Shown: piece after piece, positions 1 through 12,599 of the stretch | How the letters are laid out: every line of letters begins with the position of its first letter | Position numbering within the stretch: the stretch's first letter is position 1 | Assembly (NCBI RefSeq): GCF_006345805.1 | Contig: NC_042997.1 | Coordinates: forward strand, 22,258,001-22,322,000 | DNA: 64,000 bases | Reading direction: 5' to 3' | DNA from: Octopus sinensis | Lineage: Eukaryota | Made by a program: the position numbers and the translations under genes | Notes under the pieces: generated by a model | Told to the model about the DNA's origin: nothing | The model's database searches: none | The model's input: the letters and a program-made list of their open reading frames with translations, nothing else

Positions 1-30
1 CTCCTCCGAAATATGCCCCCTCGTCTCTTA

Positions 31-141
31 CCGTATTTTTTTCATTATTTATCTATTCTCATTCTCTACCGTATTTTTTTCATTATTTATCTATTTCCAT
101 TCTCTGCCGTATTTTTTTATTATTTATCTATTTTCATTCTC
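31..141. repeat. ~38-bp tandem repeat x3 (CCGTATTTTTTTCATTATTTATCTATTYYCATTCTCT), probably in the LINE 5' UTR
   Basis: Three consecutive near-identical units starting near 31, 69 and 108. Confidence 0.8.
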
Positions 142-371
142 TCTCTGGCTTTCATTCAGTCATTTATCTAATTAATTATTTTTCCCCCTCAAATATAGTA
201 TTCAAACTAGTTGCTTCGATTTTGTCGCCCGCCCTCCCACCCCCAATACCGGAAGTTTCTACCCTAATACCGGAAACTACCCCCTCCCCCACTAGCACCT
301 ATGTAGGGTTTATCTGAACATATAGCGCAAAAATTGTGAAAAGTATGCAGGTTGTAGTCTAGAGTTTCCAT

Positions 372-3300
372 ATGAAATCTGCCAAATGCAAGCTTTCTTT
401 TCAGGTACATGACACTGCTGTCCCTCGTCCCAGGGTCTCTGATGCCCACACCTCCCAAACCCTCAGAGTTGGCACGCTCAACGTTGGCACATTGAAAGGT
501 AGGTCTGGAGAGATTGTAGAGCTGCTTGAACGGAGACGTGTGGATGTATGCTGTATCCAGGAAGTAAGGTGGAGAGGAGGTTCTGCTAGGCTCCTCACGG
601 GCAAGGAACACAGGTACAAGATTTTCTGGGCAGGGAACATTGACGGTGTCGGGGGCGTGGGTATACTTCTCGCGGAGAAATGGATAGGTAAGGTAATCGA
701 GGTAGTCAGAATAAGTGACAGAGTAATTAAAATTAGATTAGTTCTTCACCATAGGACAGCTACCATCATCTCGGCATATGCCCCTCAACCAGGGCTACCG
801 GAAGGACAAAAAGACCAATTCTATGACACCCTATTGCGGACTACCTCATTGACAAATGACAGTGACCTTCTCTTCGTGGCAGGTGATTTCAATGGACATG
901 TTGGACGACATGTCAGGGGCTTCCATGGCATCCATGGAGGCCACGGTTTTGGCTCTCGAAATGAGGAGGGAACCAGGCTGCTGGAGTTCTGCGATGCAAA
1001 TGACCTTATGGTCTGCAATACCCACTTCAGGAAACCACCTCTCACCTAGTCACCTACCGTTCTGGCAGACACACCAGCCAGATTGACTACATCCTTGCCA
1101 GAAAAAGGGAAAGAGGGCTGATTATAAATGCCAAAACCTTCCCAGGCGAAGAATGTACTCCCCAACATAGATTAGTAGTTAGCGACTTCAGGATCAGAGC
1201 TAAATGGTCGCCCAGAAGAAGACCAGCTTGGAGGAGAAGGGTCTGGAAGCTTAAAGATCCTGCAAATGCACAGAGATTTAGAGACATACTACTCGAAGCC
1301 TCTGACGAAATAGAAGGGGATATAGCTTCACTTAATGTGGAAGACAACTGGAGATTCCTACGGGACAATCTGCTGACAGCCACTGACCAGATCTGTGGAT
1401 GGAGCAAAGTACCATCTCGACCCAGAGTAACATGGTGGTGGAACACGGTGGTTGACGGGGCTATTAGACAAAAGAGACAGGCTTGGAAGGACTGGAAGAA
1501 CGGTGGTAGCAGGGAATTGTATCAGACAGCCAAAAAAGGGAAGCTAGGAGACAGGTTTATATAGCCAGAGGGGAAGCGGATAAGAAAAAATTTGCCAATG
1601 TTCTGAGCCGTGAGGATGAAAGACTTGAGGTATTTCGTGTTGCAAGACAGTGTGTGAGAGAGAATCGTGATGTGGTAGGAGAGAAGTGTGTTCGCATGGA
1701 TGATGGTTCACTTGCGCTAAATGAGGATGCAAAGAGAGAGGTTTGGAGATGCCACTATGAAAGTTTGCTGAATAAAGAAAATGAATGGGATAAAGAGAGT
1801 CTGCCAAATGTTGACCCAACAGAGGGACCAGCTATCCGAGTTGATAGTTCCGTAGTAGCTAAGGCAGTTAGAAGCATGAAGACAGGGAAAGCCCCAGGCC
1901 CATCAGGAATTACTGCAGAGATGCTCAAAATATCTGGCAGTGTCGGCTATAACCTAGTCACCCGTATAGTCAACCAGGTGATACACGAAGGAGTCATACC
2001 CAATGACTGGTGTAGCAGCATACTAGTCAACTGCTACAAAGGTAAAGGTGATGCCCTGGATACAAATAATTACAGAGGTATCAAGCTGTTGGATCAGGTA
2101 ATGAAGGTTACGGAGAGGGTCTTAGCCCAACTAATTAGAGAGAGAGTTAGTTTAGATGAGTGCAGTTTGGGTTTGTCCCAGGGAAAAGCACCACTGATGC
2201 TATATTCCTGGTAAGGCAGCTGCAGGAGAAATACCTAGCCAAGGATAAGCCCCTGTACCTGGCTTTTGTTGACATGGAGAAAGCCTTTGATAGGGTCCCC
2301 CGATCCCTCATCTGGTGGTCAATGAGGAAACTAGGGATAGATGAATGGCTGGTGAGGGCTGTGCAAGCCATGTACAGAGATGCCGTAAGTAAGGTTAGAG
2401 TTGGCAACATGTACACAGAAGAATTCAAAGTAGAGGTTGGGGTCCACCAGGGTTCAGTACTCAGCCCCCTCCTATTTATCATAGTCCTCCAGGCAATAAT
2501 GGAGGAATTCAAGACGGTTGCCCCTGGGAGCTCCTCTATGCTGACGACCTCGCTCTAATCGCTGAGTCACTATCAGAACTGGAGGAGAAGTTCCAGGTGT
2601 GGAAGGAGGGTTTAGAATCGAGGGGCCTTAGAGTCAACCTAGCTAAAACCAAAGTACTAATAAGTAGAAAGGTAGAAAACCACAAATATCATCAGGAAGA
2701 TGGCCCTGCTCGATCTGTAGAAAAGGTGTAGGTAGAAACTCTATAAGATGTACCCAGTGTAAGCTATGGACACATAAGAGGTGCAGCAATGTCAAAGGTA
2801 GGCTAACTGGGAAGATAGTTTTTGTATGTGGCAGGTGCTCTGGAGCACTGACCTCCGAAAATCTGCAGAAAACAACTTCTGTCACTTTCCGGGGGGAAAA
2901 ACTAGAAGTAGTTGATAGTTTCCGCTATCTAGGTGACCAAGTCAGTAGGGGGGTGGGTGCGCTGAAAGTGTAACTGCTAGAATAAGAATAGCCTGGGCAA
3001 AGTTTAGGGAGCTCTTACCTCTGCTGGTGACTAAAGGCCTCTCGCTCAGAGTAAAAGGCAGACTGTATGATGCATGTGTACGAACAGCTATGCTACATGG
3101 CAGTGAAACATGGGCCGTGACTGCTGAGGACATGCGTAAGCTCGTGAGGAACGAAGCCAGTATGCTCCGATGGATGTGTAATGTCAGTGTACTTACTCGA
3201 CAGAGCGTTAGTACCTTGAGAGAAATGTTGTACCTAAGAAGCATCAGTTGTTGTGTGCAAGAGAGACGATTGCGCTGGTATGGTCATGTGGCGAGAATGG

Positions 3301-4241
3301 ATGAAGAGAGGTGTGTGAGAAAGTGCCAATCCCTAGCAGTTGAGGGAACCCGTGGAAGAGGTAGACCCAGGAAAACCTGGGACGAGGTGGTGAAGCACGA
3401 CCTTCGGACGTTAGGTCTCACCATGGAAATGACTAGAGACCGAGACCTATGGAAGTATGCTGTGCGTGAGAAGACCCGGCAAGACTAGTGAAGCCATAAT
3501 CCGTGGCCCCTACCTGGGACGTAGTCAGTCCACCTGTGCATACCTTCCTTCTTGTGACACTTGTGAAGACCTGTTGAGGCAAGTGAGAATAGAATCGAAT
3601 CGTATCAAATCAAATCGAACCAAATCAAAATAGATGAACATCAATGGAATTTGTATCCTTGTGGTACCAGTGCCGGTGGCACATAAGAAAACCATCCGAA
3701 CGTGACCGTAGCCAGTACCGCAATGACTGGCCTCCGTGCTGAGGGCACGTAACAAACACCATCCGAGCGTGGCCGTCCGCCAGCCTCGTCTAGCACCTGT
3801 GTCGGTGACACATAAGAAAACACCATCCGAGCGTGGCCGTCTGCCAGCCTCGTCTGGCACCTGTGTCGGTGGCACATAAAAAACACCATCCGAGCGTGGC
3901 CGTCTGCCAGCCTCGTCTGGCACCTGTGTCGGTGGCACATAAAAAACACCATCCGAGCGTGGCCGTCTGCCAGCCTCGTCTGGCACCTGTGTCGGTGGCA
4001 CATAAAAAACACCATCCGAGCGTGGCCGTCTGCCAGCCTCGTCTGGCACCTGTGTCGGTGGCACATAAAATCACCCACTACACTCTCGGAGTGGTTGGCG
4101 TTAGGAAGGGCATCCAGCTGTAGAAACACTGCCACATCTGACTGGCCTGGTGCAGCCTTCGGGCTTCCCAGACCCCAGTTGAACCGTCCAACCCATGCTA
4201 GCATGGAAAGCGGACGTTAAACGATGATGATGATGATGATG
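372..4241 (+). mobile_element. Near full-length RTE-clade LINE (APE endonuclease + RT ORF 372-3488, 3' UTR, (GAT)n tail)
   Basis: APE motifs TLNVGTL, CCIQEVRW, SAYAPQ, VAGDFNGHVG, QIDYIL; RT motifs YRGIKLL, QFGF, FVDMEKAFD, GVHQGSVLSPLLF, LLYADD, FRYLG; C-terminal RLRWYGHV and RGRGRPRKTW typical of RTE; ends in GCGGACGTTAAAC(GAT)n. ORF split by about six frameshifts. Confidence 0.95.
3690..4070 (+). repeat. 63-bp tandem array (5 near-identical units plus a diverged one) in the LINE 3' UTR
   Basis: CACCATCCGAGCGTGG recurs at 3757, 3821, 3884, 3947, 4010; diverged unit at ~3690. Confidence 0.95.
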
Positions 4242-4264
4242 ATATATATATATATATACACACA

Positions 4265-4475
4265 CAAGGAAGTGCTGAAAAGTTCCTGGCTTTGGGTAAA
4301 ACAAAAAACACAGGAGAATCAGTTAATCATGATTTTATTCAGCATGTTCCTTTCACACACTTATTGCAGCAGTTCTTCAGTTTTTCTAAGCCCTGTAAAA
4401 GAACTCAGAAGGGTGGATCTTAAAACCGACTTTTCACAATACCCTTAAAGCCAGGACCTTTTCAGCACCTCCTTG
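4265..4475. mobile_element. Mariner-type MITE
   Basis: Terminal inverted repeats CAAGGAAGTGCTGAAAAGTTCCTGGCTTT / AAAGCCAGGACCTTTTCAGCACCTCCTTG, followed by TA. Confidence 0.75.
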
Positions 4476-5162
4476 TATATATACACAAACAACAGATTTT
4501 TTTTTGCACTCACAAGACTTTGGTTTATCTGGGGCAGTAGTAGAAGGCACTTGCCCATGGTGCCATGCAGTAGAACTAAATCTGAAACCATATATTTGGG
4601 AATCAAACTTCTTAACACACACACAGCTAAGCCTGCACTTGTGATCTCAAACTAAAACGTTTTACTGGGTCACTCATTGAATTTTGGGAAATTTTGCTGC
4701 ATTAATAGAAACTAATAACAGAACAGATGTTGTGAATGTTAGTGCTATTAAAAGAAAAAATAAGACCATCATGGCTTACTCGGTATGGATGTGATGTATA
4801 CTAATAGTTCAATATTAATTCATTAAATTGAAGTTCCAGGACAATATGGAAAGATTAAGTGGTTTTAAGGCTGACATTCTTCTCAAAGGAAATATCAGGC
4901 TACATTAGTTTGAAGCAAGACTATTGACAACCATTAGTCATAACAGAGCTGACAAAACTTTTTAATGAACTTTTTTAGAAGAGATTTCTTCTTATGGGAA
5001 TAAATGGGCCTCTCCTTTAGAGATGGTGCAAAAAGGTTGAGAGGTTTCTGAGAATATGTGGAGACTATAAAGTAGGAGTAAATGAAAGACACAGTGTTCA
5101 GATTTTACCCAAATGAACTGATATTTCATTTCACTTTTCTCTCCATTCTTTCTATCTCTCTC

Positions 5163-5198
<36 letters not shown>

Positions 5199-5599
5199 GA
5201 ATTATTTTGCTAAATTCAATTTGAAAAGGAGAAACATTACTGGACAGAAATGCCCTGGAGCAAGAGAGGTTACAATGTTGAATCTAATGGGTCTTTTAAG
5301 GTGAATATTTTTACACATATAACCTATACAACCAGTACTATATTTCAGACAGAAATTGGATGTCATATGGATATTACTTCACAGTGATGATATATATATA
5401 TATACACACACACACACAAACATTGAAGCTAAAACTGTTGATACATTCACATACACAGTGCTGTGAATATATTGTTGTCTAAATTACTCAAAAATGAAAG
5501 TAACAGTGACATCTCATTTTAACAGATATATTTGCCAAAATTACATAAAAATATCAATAAACAATATCAATAAAAGAATATCAATAAAAATTCAATGAA

Positions 5600-6640
5600 A
5601 TCACCATTGGCTTCAACCAATGCCTCCAAATGACTTTGGAATCACCTGCAACTCTTCTGGACAATCTCTTTGTTTAAGTTGCTGAATGCTGCCATAATCC
5701 TTGCCTTCAGTTCATTTTTGGTGTTACAAAGAGTTTTGTTGGTCTCTCACTCAGCTGTCCCCCACACATAATAATCAAGAGGGTAGCAGTCTGGGGAGTT
5801 AGGTGACCAGATGTTAGGGGTGATGTGGTTGCAGAAATTGTCTGACAGCTATAACTGGGTTCTCCCACTTGTGTGGCATGGTGCAGAGTTCTGTTGCCAG
5901 ACATAGGGTCTTCCAGCAGCCACCATCTTGACCCAGGACAGCACTACCTCCTCCAGGCACTTGATGTAGACCTCCATGTTGAGTGTGAAGCCATGTGGGA
6001 AGATGAATGGAGGCATAACATCACCATCACTAGTGATCACTCCAAACACCATGATGTTGACCGGTTGTTTGATTTTTATCACTCTCAGTACATGTTTTGG
6101 AGACACAGCCAGCCAATAGTTGTTCTGTGTGTTCACCTTCTGATCCTGGCAGAAATTTTTCTCGTCTGAGAAAAAACCAAAGTATGTTCAGTTGGAGGGG
6201 ATACTTGGAATAAAAATTGGCCCTTTCTCCTCATCTTATATGAAGAATACCCAATCTCTTTTGCACTACCTGCCTGATAAGGAACTCAGAACACTCAAAT
6301 GTCACTGATAATGGATCTGATTGACTTGGAGGGATCATTGTCAATCATGGTCTGGATCTCATGAACAAATTCAGGAGTTCTTTCTTATCAGAATAATAAG
6401 AGTGAGTTTTTTGAGCTACTGTACCTTTGCAATCACCAATAGACTCATCCAACTGCTTCTGAATCCTCTGCATTATCCTCAATATAGCCTGTCACAGTTC
6501 TGGCACAGTCAATTGCACCATGGTGCTGTTTTTCTCACAGACGGTGCCCAACTGACCCTACTATACTGTGTAGTCAACAAAATGAAAAAGAAACAATGTG
6601 CATGCACGAAATTAAAAATATAAAATGGCATGGCAACAAT
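5600..6640 (-). mobile_element. Degraded Tc1/mariner-superfamily (maT/DD37D-like) transposase
   Basis: ORF 5849-6136: MVFGVITSDGDVMPPFIF...YIKCLEEVVL...YVWQQNSAPCHTS, followed by an SPDCYPLD-like motif near 5770-5800; ends uncertain. Confidence 0.8.
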
Positions 6641-6699
6641 TTACCCATTTCACAACACACACACACACATGAGCTAAAACTGTTAAAAATCTATATATC

Positions 6700-7720
6700 A
6701 AAGTGGATATGATCTTAAAAATGTTGGAATTATCAAGCATGATGATCACTCAAGCTTATATTTAAAGACTGATGAATTGTCTCATTTTGGAATGACAAAG
6801 GAGAATATATCCACAGATAATTGTGAGGATTATAGATATAAAATCACCAAAGATTAAGAAGCAATTAAAATCTTTTCTTGGACTAGCAAATTTCCGAAGG
6901 ATGTACATGAAAATACTATATCGGAAATATTTGAACAAGGTGACTATTCTGCACTATATTTGTCAAGATCATTAATCATAGCTGAAGCAAGATATTCAAA
7001 TATTGAAACAGAAACCTTGAAAATTGTATGGTGTACTCAAAGAGCGGGTCATATTCTGCTTGGTCAGAAATTCAAATTTATCTGAGATCATAGGTCACTA
7101 AAATTTATTCTTAGCAAAAAATCACGATTTACTAAAAGCAGCATCTGCCTGTATTTTGAGACAACCCTTACAAATGGCAGTATTTGAATATGGTATAGCA
7201 TGGAAAGCGGACGTTAAACGATGATGATATCATGATTCTGAAATATCATGTTGGTCATATCACAGTTGAAATTTACAATAATATTGACATGAATGGTGGT
7301 GCCCCAGCATGGCCACAGCTCGTGAGCTGAAACTAGATAAAAATAAAATAAATAAAATAAAATAAATAAAAATGGATAAGATGATCATGGTGGAAACTTC
7401 TTCAATTATAATACTTTATCTGGATTATTAAAAAGAGTTTAATCATAATTGGGGAAATTATTCTCTGGTTGAAAGGTCATTGAAAAATGATTTAACAGTT
7501 GAACTCGAACAGTCTTGTGTAATGGAGGAATAAATGTTCCACCAACATGTTTGAGAAAAATCTCTAAAAACTATGCACCATTGATTTTATTGGTTGTGGT
7601 AACAACAAGGAATCGGTTATAATTAGTTGTATAGAGGCCAGGTAATTGTGAAGAAGTTGAATGATATATAAGAAGATACTTCACATGCAGTAAAATAAAC
7701 TAATTTTATCTCACACAGTG
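6700..7720 (+). mobile_element. Highly decayed Ty3/Gypsy pol fragment (RT/RNase H)
   Basis: FLGLANF near 6875; AEARYSNIETETLKIVW...HILLGQKFKFI*DHRSLKFIL at ~6980-7110 matches the Gypsy RNase H pattern; interrupted by short retroposon tails at 7196 and 7295. Confidence 0.6.
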
Positions 7721-8034
7721 TACCTGGCCTAAAGAAAGTAAAAATATAAAATACAAAATGGGAGAAGAACGCAAAACTTCTGGACAACTAGGTGATACAA
7801 AAAGGGACAGCAAAACATCCAGATAGACGATACAAAAAAACAAGGACGGGTCATTCAAAGCTTTCTATCCTCAGTCAAGAACCAGATCATCCTCGCAATT
7901 TCGGCAGATTAATCTTGAGATTGCTCCAATCTGGCCAACCCCATGGAAAAACTAACCTAAGAGCATTAGATTCCATATATATATATATAATATATATCCA
8001 TGGCCTAAAAAAAAATTAGAATATATATATATGC

Positions 8035-8330
8035 CCGAGGACGAATGGCGTAGTGGTTAGGATTTGCACTCACGATTATGAGATCATGGTTTCAATTCCT
8101 AGACGAAGTACTGTATTGTGTTCTTGAGCAAAAACACTTTATCTTGTATTGCTCTGCAAACACTTGGATATCTGACACGTGGTATACCATGCACCTGTTC
8201 AGGCAATGTTGATTTGATGGGTGTGAGAGTGAGCTAATGTACAGCACATACATTTGATCACTATAAACAAGTCATTTTGCAAAAAAAAGCTGAACGCTCA
8301 TATGTCAACTTTCATGAGAGAGTCCATCGT
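8035..8330 (+). mobile_element. tRNA-derived SINE, diverged
   Basis: A box TGGCGTAGTGG, B box GGTTTCAATTCC, then CORE-like TTCTTGAGCAAAAACACTTTA. Confidence 0.7.
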
Positions 8331-8429
8331 ATGTATATATGTCTTTATATGAATCACATTTGCATCAAGAATTTGGAACTATTCTTAATATTGCTGATGC
8401 ATACTCTGCATAACCAGAAGTAATAAGAA

Positions 8430-8819
8430 TCTCTCTATATATAAAGCTGAAGTTGTCTGTGTATGGCAGGTTTGGTAGCCTTCAACTAACAGTATCTCAC
8501 CTAGACCCTCCGGCGCAAGTTGACCAAAATTGAGAGTATGATAGAAGAAGGCTTGTTCTTCCTTTCGTAGGAGAAAAAATTCAAATTGGACCATGTTAGC
8601 ACCAAAAATTATTTACATCAAAAAGGTGCTTCTTTCTATGAAAATCCCTATTTTTTATGATTCTTTTACTGCTTTGTCGCCATTTTCCGGTGTATTTCAA
8701 CCAGAAAAATGTTCACTTAAAGAGATTAACAAGCTACATAATGTAAAACTTTTACTTTCCAAAAATTCCAATTCTAAAGGGTCAAAACAAACCCGAGCAA
8801 CACAGGGCAATACTGCTAG
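8430..8819 (+). mobile_element. Non-autonomous Helitron-like element
   Basis: A|TC start (TCTCTCTATATATAAAG), subterminal CCCGAGCAACACAGGG hairpin, CTAG|T end; shares both termini with 27027-27405. Confidence 0.8.
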
Positions 8820-11800
8820 TTTGGAATAAAGATGCTGAAATATTTAGACAGGTATTTGAAACTGGTGCTTTAGAAACATTATATCAAACAATACCTGTGA
8901 ATGTCATGATATATGACTTATGTACACTGGTAATGAAATCATATGTAAACCCATGAAAATATCTCTGTATTATATAGAAATGCTGAAAGAATGGTTGTTA
9001 ATGTTAAGGAGAGTTTAAAAGCATATTCACCAAATAACAGTTCTCTTAGTACATATTTCATCCTCATGCATTGGAGTTTGGGATAATTTCTCATTCAAAA
9101 AGTGTTCCTAGTCTAGTGACTTTGATGAGCAGCCAAATATGATCACCATTAGTAATTCTAAAGAAGCTATATCTTCAGTTTAGTATTGATGTAGAAGAAA
9201 TTAATGTACCACAAGATAGATTTATATCTCGAGCAGGCAATACCACAGTTGTGATTCTAAAAGAGGAACAGGGTATATTTAACTCATGCAGACCAAACAA
9301 ACTCTGAAAATATATTAACAAATCAGACCCTCCTGCTTTGAATGAAATTCCAGATTCAATTAATAAAGACTGTGATTTGACAACTGATACATTAACAAAA
9401 CATTGCAAATGGCATTAGAGGCTGTTCTCAAGTAACGAAAGGAATTAATCCAATTCGGTTCTGGGTAATGCAATTTAACTGATATGCTAATATTATTGTA
9501 CCATTACATATATTCTACTTACTTACATGTGATCAAGATTATTTAAGAGGGCTACCAGTTCAATGTTGAGAAGCTTGGACATACAAGATGTAAAAAGTAA
9601 CATGTGACCACAGCGCACTTGTATAAACTCAGTGCAACAGAACGAAATAAATTAAACAATAAATGTACTTAGAAGCCTCTTACTCGGAGAGTATTTACTA
9701 ATTGTAACACAGTGAATATCTTTGGCCTGTTTATCATTGAAACATAAAACCAGTGTACTGACATACTCAAGCTCTTGATAATTTGCTATGCTTGGATACT
9801 GTCAAAGTCTTTATTATATTTCTCCATCACATATTTGACTTACTTCTCCATACCATCACACTGATATTATCCAGAAAGATTTGCCTGTCATTCACAAGCC
9901 AGGACTAACAATTATCAATGAGTTCTGCATTTATGAAGTTAAATCCACTGAACGTTTACCAATTCCAAGCATACAATTGATACAAATTCCTATAGCATAA
10001 TTGTATTTATCTCTTATACTTCATTTAACCTGTTTTTAGGACAAAGAAACTACATCATCTCTACTCATTACTAATACTTTTCCTATATTTTGATTTATGA
10101 CTACCAGTCTACTCTTCTAACCTTGCTACAATAAGATGACATGAAACATTTTTCAGTCTTGATGTATACCCTTTCTTAAATCAATAAGCACCTTCTCTTC
10201 TTAACACATTATAGCAAGTAATATATTGTGTACTTATTCAAAAATAGTGTTAATGTACATTGATCAGCCTACTAATAAGTAAAATATGCATACCATCATC
10301 TGAAAAAAATTCTAGTCTCTTAAGAACAGCTACAATTTATTCTTCTGAGACAATTGTACAAACTAGAAAGCTATAGTTTTAAAACTTACTGAATATAAAC
10401 ATAAACCAATCTAAAATACAAATAATATAATTTATCTGAGGTTGATACATTAGAATATATATTCTTTCTTTTTCCCTTTTAATGTAAGATGAACTATGGG
10501 TTCATGTATGCCTGCGTTTAGAAAGTTTGCTTTGAAATCATGTGCCTCTGATTTTGATACCATTTCGTGATACTTTCAGCCACTGTTGAGTTGACAAATA
10601 AGCTATGAGGGTAGAATTAGGTAGATGTAAATTTAGTAGAATCCCATTGTGCATGTGTTTTTGCATTTATTTTGTGGTTGTATATCAACAAAAGATTCAG
10701 ATATTGGTGTGGAAAACTGAAAATAACTGCATTTGAAATGAAGTACTTTGTAATATTAAAATTAGAGATACTTTGTCACTCTCGGCATCAGAAATCCAAT
10801 AAATCATTAATTAGCTTCATTGGAAATGTGTAACCAATGATACTGTAGCTCACCAACTGTGTCATAAAATATAATAATAAATAAATATAGTTTATAATGT
10901 TCCAAAATGATCAGATGTTTTCAGTCAGAATTGATGGCAACCACTCAACATGGCAGCAATTCAATAATATAAATTTCTTCCATTTCTTGCAAACTTAACC
11001 ATTCTAAAATTTCTTGTCTGGGATATTTTTCCTCTTCTATAATTGGCCATGTGAATGAAATTATAGGAAATATCTATCTTCTGAGAATCTGGCTACATAA
11101 CAGATTGAATTTTCTGGTCAGCAAATTTCTTGATATATGATCAAATATATTTCCTTAATTTTTAAACCACCAGGAATCGTTGTTCTCATCCTGCTTAGTG
11201 AGATCTAATTAAAAGTACATCATACCTATTTTAAGTAGAAAAATCAATGATTATAGTTGCTCTATAAGCATTGCATCTGTACTGGATACAAATTTCTTAT
11301 CTTCCTGTCAAGTGCCTAATTAAAACACACAGTTGTTACCTAATTAATTTTACCACATTAACATAATACTCATCTCTTCTACATCATATGTATCTTCCTC
11401 ATTTTTTTCTTTATTCAACACTTTTTTATTTATTCAACAATTTCAAAAAAAAAAACAACTGCTTCATTTAAAATATGCACAAAGGGAAGATGTTTTATCC
11501 CTTGCTAGAAAATCTTACACAATTTATTTAAAAATATACATTTATTTTTGTATATTGTTACTAATTGTATGAAAGAGCTAACTATTGAAAAACATAAATA
11601 ATCAAAATCTTTTAATATTGCAATTTTCAGTTTATTTTCATATTCACAAATCGCTGCATTGACCTCAAAATGAAATGCTTTGTTAGAAATATCTTTCAAG
11701 ACAAATATTGAAATTGGTAATATTTCTTTTCCTTTGTAACTTTGGAAATAATAGACTGTTCATCATGTTTTGATTCACTTTTAACAGATTCTGAAAATAT

Positions 11801-11962
11801 ACATCTAATCCTAATTTTTTTCCATTTTTCATCACAACAGTATTCTTTATTTACAAAAACAAAAATTATATATATATATATATATAGTTCTGTTATAGTT
11901 GCAGCAGATATTGAGGAGAAATGATGATTAAAAGATCAGCCAATACCTTCTTTTCATTTCAG

Positions 11963-12016
11963 TGGATCCTTTTGATGATGATGAAACTCCAAATCCAATA
12001 TTTTCAAATAAATATG
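11963..12016 (+). CDS. Putative 54-nt N-terminal KCC exon (xDPFDDDETPNPIFSNKY-G)
   Basis: Pyrimidine tract + TTTCAG acceptor, G|GTGAGT donor, open frame, phase 1-1 compatible with exon 39575; no homology recognised. Confidence 0.6.
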
Positions 12017-12599
12017 GTGAGTTAGGTTTTGTGTCAGTCCTCTATGTTAGAGGACTGACACAGAGACAATGGCTTCCCTCTAAACAAACCAGTATTGAAG
12101 TGGAGTTTTTATGGATTTTGTTTTGAAATTGAAAATAATCTCTTACTTAGACAGGAGTATTAATTACAATCTGTCAATAATTTAATGAACATAATTGAAT
12201 TACAAATTAGAATTCTGTTCACTTCCAGGAGATCTAGATATATTAAGAATATTCTCAGTTTGCCAACAGCTTATTAATAAACCATTGAACTGTTGACACA
12301 GATATTTAATTACAGTCCACTTTATCTTCATTTGCATATGAAGATAAGGCAGCAGTCATATCTAGATTGAAAACCAAAGATATCATTTTCCTTCCTCTTG
12401 TCCATATCTCTACACTGGGCAAGTGTAGAGATATCACATTATTCATTTCCCTGTCAAACTACAATGGATGTGCCAGAATGCTTGGTATGTGATGAGTATT
12501 TATTTTTTAATTATTGGTTAATCAGTGTAAGAAAAGAAACTCCCTTAACCTTTGGAAGCACTCTCAACATTGAGAGATTTCTATAGTTGGTCTTCTCAG

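Noticed and set aside
3525-4304. Repetitive ORFs and CRISPR-like look of the 63-bp array
   Set aside because: Units are near-identical with no unique spacers, no cas genes, eukaryotic LINE UTR; ORFs arise because 63 is a multiple of 3.
5250-5306. Possible first exon MPWSKRGYNVESNGSFK with AAG|GTGAAT donor
   Set aside because: Phase 0 is incompatible with the phase-1 downstream exons; no homology.
7745-7975. GC-richer island with minus-strand CTGAGGA, possible hammerhead
   Set aside because: No convincing stem II/GAAA; probably an unclassified repeat.
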